From Vulcanimicrobiaceae bacterium (GTDB taxonomy: Bacteria; Vulcanimicrobiota; Vulcanimicrobiia; Vulcanimicrobiales; Vulcanimicrobiaceae): DNA of 64,000 bases. This document shows, one piece after another, positions 48,716 to 55,812 of the stretch. The stretch covers positions 154,066-218,065 of the forward strand of contig DATJTX010000039.1 in the NCBI GenBank assembly GCA_035502855.1. Direction: 5' to 3'. The position numbers and the translations under genes are program-made. Every line of letters begins with the position of its first letter. The first letter of the stretch is position 1. Below the pieces are notes generated by a model. The model did no database searches, had not been told where the DNA came from, and worked only from the letters and a program-made list of their open reading frames with translations.

Positions 48716-49198
48716 ATGTACGTGCATTACGGAACGCTCGCCGTCCCGCGCGCCGACGACGCGCTGTACGAGCAAGCCAAGGCATACCTCTCGCGGGACC
48801 CGGTCGAGGCCAAGCTCTTCTCCAAGCTGGAACATGACCCGGGGCGTCATTTTCACCTCACGATCAATCACCGCAATGACGACCATTTCGATCCCAATAA
48901 TGACGAGATCGCCTGGGATCCGTACAGCGCGCTGCGCACCACGCGCGGCGGACGGCAATCGCCGGCGCTCGGTCTGGGGCACGAAGTCGATCACGCGGTC
49001 GAAGATCCGCGTATCGAGGATCGCCTGCGCAATACGCCCGACGCGCGCTACGATGACGCGGAGGAGCGCCGCGTGATCACCGGAAGCGAAACGCACGCGG
49101 CGCGCACGCTCGGTGAATCGGTGCGCCGCGATCACGCGGGAAGCACCTATCGCGTTGCATCGCCGATATACCGTTGGAAAAACGCCGCCGCCGCCTGA
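48716..49198 (+). CDS. small zincin-like metallopeptidase (HExxH), effector/toxin-type (M91/NleD-like or ATLF-like, tentative)
   Basis: 160 aa with no signal peptide. The pattern EIAWDPYSALRTTRGGRQSPALGLGHEVDHAV....DDAEERRVITGSETHAARTLGESVRRDH matches the I.WDP...P..LgHE..HA...EE..vI...E...r..lG layout of small effector metallopeptidases. A GTG at 48722 is an alternative start. Confidence 0.45.
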   Translation: MYVHYGTLAVPRADDALYEQAKAYLSRDPVEAKLFSKLEHDPGRHFHLTINHRNDDHFDPNNDEIAWDPYSALRTTRGGRQSPALGLGHEVDHAVEDPRIEDRLRNTPDARYDDAEERRVITGSETHAARTLGESVRRDHAGSTYRVASPIYRWKNAAAA

Positions 49199-51186
49199 TC
49201 GGTCCGAAGCCACGAGCTCCAGCGCAGGAACGTGTGCGCTTCGTCCGGCAGCACGATCAGTCGATAGCGAACGTGCTGCTGCTGCAGGCGCGGAACGAGA
49301 TCCACGAGTTGATGAAAAGCCACGTCGGGATCTTGATCGCCCTGAATCAGCAGCACCGGGGAGCGCCATTTCGCGATCGATCCGACCGGTGAGGAGTTCC
49401 ACGCCAGGTGCAGCCACGGTTTGAGATCGACGCGCTCGGCGCCCTCGCCGTAGCTGCGAAAATAATCGAGTGCGTCGTGCATCAGATCGTGCACGCCGCT
49501 GTAATCGACGCCGGCTTTGAAGACGTCGGAATTGCGCGCGAGCGCGAGCGCGGTGAGATAGCCGCCCCACGATCCGCCCCAGATGCCGATTCGTGCCGGA
49601 TCGACCGACGGTTGATGCTGCAGCCAGCGCGCGCCGGCGAGCACGTCTTGATATTCGCTCGCGCCCGCCCAGCCGGTGCGAACGGCGTAGTGAAAATCGT
49701 GTCCGTAATCGACGCTCGAACGATAGTTGACCGAGAGCACGGCAAATCCGCGGCTGACCAAGTATTGGTCGACGGCATACGAATTGTCGTAATAATCCAT
49801 CGGATTCCAGGTCAGCAGCATCTGCCGCATCGGACCACCGTGCACGAACACGATCGCGGGGCCGCGTGCCGTTCCCCGCGGCGCAAAGAGCTGCGCGTGG
49901 ATCAGCGTGCCGTCGGGCGCGTGATACGTGACTTCGCTCGGAACCGCCAGCTGCTGCGTCGGAAAATCGGCTGGCATGAGCGCGGCGTCGATCAGCCGTT
50001 CACCGGTTCCGTTCGCCGATGCGAGCGCCACCAGCGGCGGACGCTGCGCGGTTGCGGTGACGTATGCGAGCGCGTCGCCGGCCAGCGGCATCGGCCACCA
50101 CTGCGAACTGTATCCGGCGGTGAGCTGCATGACCCCTCCGCTCTGCGCATCGACACGGAAGAGATGCCAGCGATCGATGTCGTTGGGCACCGAACCGGTG
50201 TTGGCGACGTAGATCAGCGACCGTCCGTCATCCGATGCGGTCATGCTGACGACCGCGAACTCACCCGCGGTCAACCGCCGTGCCGCGCCGCCGTTCGCAT
50301 TCACGACGTAGATGTGCGGCCAGTTGTCGGCCTCGCAGAGAAAGGCGACGCGCGCGTTGCCAAGCCAGGTGAGATCGACGTCGCCGCCCTGCGTCGGGAA
50401 GGAGCCGCGCGAGGTGTCCGGGCTGCGCCAGATCGGGCGCGCCGTGCCGTCGGAAACGCGCGCAATCCAAATCGACCACGGCACCACCGGCATCCGCAGC
50501 GGCGATTGCGGTGCGCCGCCGGCGCCGGGTGTGCGCGCGAAGACGATGCTCGCGCCGTCCGGCGACCAGCGCGGCTCGAGATCGTTCGCGACCGACGGCG
50601 CGAAGAACTCGAGTGGGCGGTCGGCGCCGCGATAGACGCCGATGAACGAATGATCGCCACGTGCAGAGACGAACGCGAGCGCATCACCGCTCGGCGACCA
50701 TTGCAGATCCCAATCCTTGCCGGAATCGTAGAACAGCCGCTTCGCGGGGGACGTACCGTCGACCGGCGCGATCCAGACTTCGCCCTCGTGTTCGAATGCG
50801 ACGCGCGATCCGTCGGGCGAAAGGGCCGGCGCCGAGCCGACGCCGAGCATTCGCGAAGCACCGCCGTCAACGTCCGCCGACCAGATTTGAATCTGCGGCT
50901 CGGTAACGCTCAAGCTCGGATTCTGTGTGCTGCCGTACTGATAGACCACGCGAGCGCCGTCGCGCGAGAGCTGCACCCAACTGATGGTACGGCCGTCATC
51001 ATCATGCAGGGCGACGACTTCCCGCGGGACGAATCGCGGCGCGCGCGCGACCCAGATGCTGCGATCGCCGCGTTGATTGACGGCATAGGCGATGGCGTGC
51101 CCATCGGCGCTTCGGACCAGCGTCGTCGGAAACGGATACGAGAGCACCTGCGCCATCGAGAACGCCATAATCACTACGTGCAGCAT
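49147..51186 (-). CDS. S9-family serine peptidase with N-terminal TolB-like beta-propeller
   Basis: 679 aa. Repeated propeller blades are visible (SPDGSRVAF, SPSGDALAFV, SPDGASIVF). The nucleophile motif is GIWGGSWGGYL and the C-terminal context is DEAHTF. Confidence 0.88.
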   Translation of the reverse strand: MLHVVIMAFSMAQVLSYPFPTTLVRSADGHAIAYAVNQRGDRSIWVARAPRFVPREVVALHDDDGRTISWVQLSRDGARVVYQYGSTQNPSLSVTEPQIQIWSADVDGGASRMLGVGSAPALSPDGSRVAFEHEGEVWIAPVDGTSPAKRLFYDSGKDWDLQWSPSGDALAFVSARGDHSFIGVYRGADRPLEFFAPSVANDLEPRWSPDGASIVFARTPGAGGAPQSPLRMPVVPWSIWIARVSDGTARPIWRSPDTSRGSFPTQGGDVDLTWLGNARVAFLCEADNWPHIYVVNANGGAARRLTAGEFAVVSMTASDDGRSLIYVANTGSVPNDIDRWHLFRVDAQSGGVMQLTAGYSSQWWPMPLAGDALAYVTATAQRPPLVALASANGTGERLIDAALMPADFPTQQLAVPSEVTYHAPDGTLIHAQLFAPRGTARGPAIVFVHGGPMRQMLLTWNPMDYYDNSYAVDQYLVSRGFAVLSVNYRSSVDYGHDFHYAVRTGWAGASEYQDVLAGARWLQHQPSVDPARIGIWGGSWGGYLTALALARNSDVFKAGVDYSGVHDLMHDALDYFRSYGEGAERVDLKPWLHLAWNSSPVGSIAKWRSPVLLIQGDQDPDVAFHQLVDLVPRLQQQHVRYRLIVLPDEAHTFLRWSSWLRTDQAAAAFFQRYIGDATR

Positions 51187-51221
51187 GCCCTTACGATACG
51201 CGCAGCGAATGCGCCGTTCCC

Positions 51222-52124
51222 ATGCGCCGATTTCTTGCGGTCATGTTATTGCTGGCAGCTTCGCGGCCGGCTTCGGCCCGGCCGGATGACGCACTCGAGG
51301 CACAGTTGCGCGCGATCGCGGCCGGATATCAAGGAAAAGTCGCACTCTATGCCGCCGATTTGCGGAGCGGCAAGACGGTCGCGATCGACGCCGACACGCC
51401 TGTTCCGACCGCCTCGACGATCAAGCTGACGATCCTTTTCGAGGCGCTCAAGCAGATTCAAGAGGGGCGCGTGCGGTTCGATGACAAGCTGACGCTCACG
51501 CCCGAGAATCAGGTCATCGGGTCGGGCGTTCTGAACCAGTTCGATACGCCGCTGAGTCTCACGTTCAAGGACGCGCTGACGATGATGATCGTCGTGAGCG
51601 ACAACAGCGGAACCAACCTGGCAATCGACCATCTCGGCCTAAAGAATATCGACGATCGCATCCGTTGGATGGGACTCCGCGAAACGTGGCTCTACAAGAA
51701 GGTCTTCAAGCCACCGGTAGGCCCCCAACCGGCGGATCAAAAGAAGTTTGGCCTCGGCAAAACGACGGCACGGGAAATGGCCGAAGTCATGCGGCGCTTT
51801 GCAACCTGCGACCTCAATGCGCCCGGCTCGACCGCGAAGCCGACGCAAAAGGACCGCGCCCTCTGCGCGGCCGCGCTGAAGATGTTGATGCATCAGACCG
51901 AGCGCGAAGGCATTCCACGCTACCTTGGCAACCTCACGGTCGCCAACAAGGGCGGCGCCATCGATGCATCCCGCAGTGACGTCGGGATCGTGTATGCCCG
52001 TAACGGCCCAATCGTGATTTCGGTGTACACCTACGATAACGCCGACCAAAGCTGGACGGTCGATAACGCCGGCCGCGTACTGATCGGCGAACTCGCCAAA
52101 GCAATCGTCGACCGCTGGGATTAG
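51222..52124 (+). CDS. class-A beta-lactamase-like serine hydrolase (secreted)
   Basis: It has a signal peptide MRRFLAVMLLLAASRPASA. SxxK is present as ASTIK and SDN as VVSDNSGTN. KGG replaces KTG, and I could not locate a clear omega-loop Glu. Confidence 0.7.
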   Translation: MRRFLAVMLLLAASRPASARPDDALEAQLRAIAAGYQGKVALYAADLRSGKTVAIDADTPVPTASTIKLTILFEALKQIQEGRVRFDDKLTLTPENQVIGSGVLNQFDTPLSLTFKDALTMMIVVSDNSGTNLAIDHLGLKNIDDRIRWMGLRETWLYKKVFKPPVGPQPADQKKFGLGKTTAREMAEVMRRFATCDLNAPGSTAKPTQKDRALCAAALKMLMHQTEREGIPRYLGNLTVANKGGAIDASRSDVGIVYARNGPIVISVYTYDNADQSWTVDNAGRVLIGELAKAIVDRWD

Positions 52125-53119
52125 GCGTCGAGAACTTTCACTTGGCCGCGCGGCGCGTCGCTCTCGACGTGGCGGGCGCGCCCCGTATAGAGCGCGATCA
52201 TCTGCGCCGCCACGAGCCATGCCAGCGTGTTGAACGGTATCCCGACGACCGGCCCGAGCAACGGAATGTTCCCGAGCCGGTTGCCGATGACGTAGAGCAA
52301 GCTCTGCGCCTCGGCGGCCTCGAGCATCGGCCGGTTGACGACCTGCCGCGATGCATCGTCGACGATTCCGACAGCGGCACACGTCGAATCGAGCATCGCG
52401 CCGCTACCGTGACGAAACTCGCCCGCCGAAAAACCCTCAGCGTGAATGTAGCTCGCCTCTTTGAGTTTGAGCGCGAATTCGCGCGCGACCGGAAGGCCGT
52501 AGCCGGTTGCAAAGATGAGCACGCTGCGCCTGCCCGCCAGACGCGCGCCGGCGTCGCGCACGTCAGCCACCATCGGGCCGTCGAGCCACGAGCGCACGTC
52601 CTCGGCCGTTTCGATCAGCGTCTCCGCATTGCGATCGTGGTTCTTGCCCACGATGCCGGCAGCCCACAGCAAGATCGCCGCCGTTGCCGTGACGCTCTTG
52701 CTTGCCGGAACGGCAACTTCCGGACCCGCGCCGACGTCGATGAGCAGCGACGCCCGCTCGCCGAGCGGCGAGTGCGCGGTATTGGTAAGCGCAATCAACA
52801 CTTTGGGATTCAAGACGTCGAGTGCATGAAGCAGGTCCTCGGATTGGCCGCTCTGCGAGACGGCGATGACCACCGAGCCCTCATAGGCCACGTGATCCAG
52901 CGGGGCTTCGGTCGCGGCGAGCGCGTGCGCGCGGATGGCACGCCGGCGTAGTGCGAGTGCACCAAGCTGTGCCATGAACAGTGAACTACCGCTGCCGAGC
53001 AAGATGATTTCGCGTCCGTCGATGGCCGCGGCGAGCGCCTGCGCCTTGCCGGAGGTCGCAATCGCACGCCACACGTCCGGTTGTTCGCGAATCTCCGCTT
53101 CGAAATGCTGACCGAGCAC
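52121..53119 (-). CDS. SIS-domain amino-sugar phosphate isomerase/deaminase (GlmS-C/AgaS/FrlB-like)
   Basis: 332 aa. FEAEIREQPDVW, then two SIS repeats (LLGSGSSLFMA, VSQSGQSEDL and a second half). Confidence 0.8.
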   Translation of the reverse strand: MLGQHFEAEIREQPDVWRAIATSGKAQALAAAIDGREIILLGSGSSLFMAQLGALALRRRAIRAHALAATEAPLDHVAYEGSVVIAVSQSGQSEDLLHALDVLNPKVLIALTNTAHSPLGERASLLIDVGAGPEVAVPASKSVTATAAILLWAAGIVGKNHDRNAETLIETAEDVRSWLDGPMVADVRDAGARLAGRRSVLIFATGYGLPVAREFALKLKEASYIHAEGFSAGEFRHGSGAMLDSTCAAVGIVDDASRQVVNRPMLEAAEAQSLLYVIGNRLGNIPLLGPVVGIPFNTLAWLVAAQMIALYTGRARHVESDAPRGQVKVLDA

Positions 53120-53176
53120 GCGACTTCATTCGCCATTGCGCGCGGTGAAACTCCCATCGTGGTCGAAGAATGCCCG

Positions 53177-54799
53177 ATGCGCTTAGGAGCTCTGGCTTTC
53201 GCGTGCGTCCTCGCCGCTTCGTTGTACGGATGTACAAAGGTGGCGGGCACCTCGGCCCCGAGCGGCGCAAACCCGTGGACGATTCCGGGCGTGCTCCGGA
53301 TCGGCGACCCCGAGGAACCGGACAGCCTCAACCTCATGTTCGGGCACACGCTCGCGACCGGTGAGATCGACTGCCTGCTCTTCTCGTTCATTCTGCGCAC
53401 CGACGCGAACGGTAACCTCATCCCCGATTTGGCGACACAGGTTCCCACGTTGCGCAACGGCGGCATCAGCCGCGACGGCAAAACGATCACAGTGCATCTG
53501 CGGCGCGGCGTGAAGTGGTCGGACGGCGCACCGCTCACCGCGGCCGATTGGCTCTTCACCTATCACGCGGCGATGAATCCGGCCAACAACGTCAAAACGA
53601 CGTATGGCTGGGATCTGATCGAATCGGCTGACGCACCGAATCCCTACACGATCATCATTCGCTTGAGGCGGCCCTCGGTTGCGGTATTCGACATTCTCAC
53701 CATGGGCGGCGACGCGTATCCGCCGCTGCCGGCACATCTCCTCGCGAAGCTTCCCGACATCAACCATGCATCGTTCAACAGCGCACCGATCTCGAGCGGA
53801 CCGTTTTTACTCGAGCGCTGGGACCACGGCAACGACCTCGACTTCGTCGCGAACCCGCTCTATTTTCGCGGGCCGCCCAAGCTCAAAGAAATCGTCTGGA
53901 AGATCATCCCGAACCCCAACACGCTGCTCGAGGAACTGCGCGCGCACGAAATCGATCTCTACGCCGCGGTGAAGGAAGACCAAGTCGACGAACTCGGCTC
54001 GATCCCCGGCATTCGGATCACGCACCGGCTGGTCGCCTGGTGGCAGCATCTCGGGATCGACATGCGTCAGCCGCAACTGGCGGACGGCCGCGTGCGCGCC
54101 GCGATCGCCGAAGGCATCGACTGGCAGCGCATCGTCGACACGGTCTATCGCGGACACGGGCAGCTCGCCGTTTCCGACATCTTCCCGCAGTCATGGGCCG
54201 CGCCGCATCTGCCGCCGTACCGGTTCGATCCGGCCGATGCCAAACGGCTCTTGACCGCCGCCGGCTGGAACATGGGCAGCGACGGCGTCTTGCACAAGGG
54301 TCCGCTCGCGATGCGCCTGACGCTCTCTTCGACTGCCGAGGACGAATCGAACGACCGCGCCGAGCTGCTCATTCAATCGATGCTCAAGCCGCTTGGCTTC
54401 GGCATCGAGATCAAGAACTATCCGGCGAACCTGCTCTTCGCCCAAGACGGGCCGATCTATTCCGGAAAATATGACCTCGAATGGTCGCAGGCGATCAACG
54501 GCGCCGATCCCGACGATTCGGGCTCCTGGAACTCGCGCTTCATTCCGCCGCACGGCGCGGACACGAGCTGGCTGCGCGATCCGATCGTCGACGCGGCCAC
54601 CGACGCGGCCGCGAGTACCTTCGATCAAAACGTACGCAAAAGGCTGTATCAGGAGGAAGCCGCGCGTCTGCGCCAACTCAACCCCGCAATCTTCGCGTTT
54701 TGGCACGAGAGCTATTTCGCTTACAACAACGACTTGAAGAACTACGAGCCGGCGGCGTTTATCGCCGATGAATGGAACGCGTGGCAATGGCAGATCTGA
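53177..54799 (+). CDS. ABC-transporter substrate-binding lipoprotein, family 5 (peptide/nickel; MppA/OppA-like), copy 1
   Basis: It has a lipoprotein signal MRLGALAFACVLAASLYGC. The long family-5 SBP body includes ...VKWSDGAPLTAADWLFTY.... The start was trimmed to ATG 53177. Confidence 0.88.
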   Translation: MRLGALAFACVLAASLYGCTKVAGTSAPSGANPWTIPGVLRIGDPEEPDSLNLMFGHTLATGEIDCLLFSFILRTDANGNLIPDLATQVPTLRNGGISRDGKTITVHLRRGVKWSDGAPLTAADWLFTYHAAMNPANNVKTTYGWDLIESADAPNPYTIIIRLRRPSVAVFDILTMGGDAYPPLPAHLLAKLPDINHASFNSAPISSGPFLLERWDHGNDLDFVANPLYFRGPPKLKEIVWKIIPNPNTLLEELRAHEIDLYAAVKEDQVDELGSIPGIRITHRLVAWWQHLGIDMRQPQLADGRVRAAIAEGIDWQRIVDTVYRGHGQLAVSDIFPQSWAAPHLPPYRFDPADAKRLLTAAGWNMGSDGVLHKGPLAMRLTLSSTAEDESNDRAELLIQSMLKPLGFGIEIKNYPANLLFAQDGPIYSGKYDLEWSQAINGADPDDSGSWNSRFIPPHGADTSWLRDPIVDAATDAAASTFDQNVRKRLYQEEAARLRQLNPAIFAFWHESYFAYNNDLKNYEPAAFIADEWNAWQWQI

Positions 54800-55377
54800 G
54801 CGAGAACCGGATCGAGTCGTATCCGCACGCGCCGCTCGCGACATGGCGGCCCGACGTGCCGGGACCAATCGATCACATCTATACGCATTGGTCGGCGCAC
54901 GATTACGAATCGGTCTTTCCGGCATATCATTTTTGCATCGCAAAAACCGCGCGCGGCATCCTGGTCGTCAACACCCACGACGTGCGCGAGAACATGCGCG
55001 CGGTCTACGAAGGGCCGGAGCTACCGTACGCGCAGCACACGCGTAAGCGCAATTCCTACGCGCTCGGCATCGCGATCATGGGGATGGAAGGCGCAACGCC
55101 GTCCGATTTCGGCAAATACCCGCTCACCGAAGAGCTGATCGATGGGCTCTGCCTCGTCGGTGCGCGGCTCGCGGCGTTCTACGGCGTGCCGATCGACGAC
55201 GAGCACGTGATGTCGCACGCCGAAGCCGCGCTACGCGACGGCTACTTCGGTACGGCGCCGGATCAGCGCTGGGACATCGCGCGTTTGGTTCCGAGCGACG
55301 CACCGCTGGTCGAGCGCGAAGCGATCGACGTGGGCGAGGAATTACGCGAACGGATGCGGCGCGCGCTACATGTTTAG
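54787..55377 (+). CDS. Amidase_2/PGRP-type N-acetylmuramoyl-L-alanine amidase-like protein (AmpD-like, cytoplasmic)
   Basis: IYTHWSA, AYHFCI, HTRKRNSYALGIAIMG and VMSHAEAA follow the order of the Amidase_2 zinc and substrate motifs. The ATG at 54787 overlaps the SBP stop region. Confidence 0.6.
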   Translation: MADLSENRIESYPHAPLATWRPDVPGPIDHIYTHWSAHDYESVFPAYHFCIAKTARGILVVNTHDVRENMRAVYEGPELPYAQHTRKRNSYALGIAIMGMEGATPSDFGKYPLTEELIDGLCLVGARLAAFYGVPIDDEHVMSHAEAALRDGYFGTAPDQRWDIARLVPSDAPLVEREAIDVGEELRERMRRALHV

Positions 55378-55812
55378 ATAGGCACCGAACACAAACGAAT
55401 TCGAGGCGGCTGCACATGCCTCCGGACGAACGAGCCGCTGTAAGATCGACTGCCGCGCATTTAGGCTGAATCCGCCGTTCTTCAAAGCCTTTTTGCTTGC
55501 GATTGCGCTTTCGAGTGCCGATTGATCGCGTTCCACGTCCCAGAAGTTTACGGTGACACCCTGAGTGAGTTTATCAGTATCCTCCGCGTTAATGATCACC
55601 ACGCCATTGGAGCACTTGAATCTGAAACGAGTGGGAAATCGCCCTTGGGTGTACCATTTGCTCCACACCTCCTGCCCCACACCCGAGACGTGATAAATCG
55701 TCCAACGCGCGAGGAGTTGCGGGCTGACCTGCGCCGCTACGCTGCCGCAGAGCAGCAGCGATAGCAGCGCAAGGAGCCCAATCGAACGCTTCACCCGCGA
55801 TGCGTTTGTCAT
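55366..55812 (-). CDS. hypothetical small secreted protein, translationally coupled to the upstream outer-membrane protein gene
   Basis: 148 aa from the ATG at 55812, which forms a TGATG overlap with the OMP stop. The signal peptide is MTNASRVKRSIGLLALLSLLLCGSVAA. It is AT-richer than its surroundings, with a hand count of 63/120 G+C at 55441..55560. Confidence 0.55.
   Translation of the reverse strand: MTNASRVKRSIGLLALLSLLLCGSVAAQVSPQLLARWTIYHVSGVGQEVWSKWYTQGRFPTRFRFKCSNGVVIINAEDTDKLTQGVTVNFWDVERDQSALESAIASKKALKNGGFSLNARQSILQRLVRPEACAAASNSFVFGAYLNM

Noticed and set aside
48446-49570. 374-aa minus-strand ORF
   Set aside because: It spans the leader, the antisense of the zincin gene and an off-frame read of the S9 peptidase 3' end. 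It is Arg/Ser/Ala-rich with no motifs.
49408-51429. 673-aa plus-strand ORF
   Set aside because: It is antisense to the S9 peptidase gene and runs into the beta-lactamase-like gene out of frame. The composition is Arg-rich and non-protein-like.
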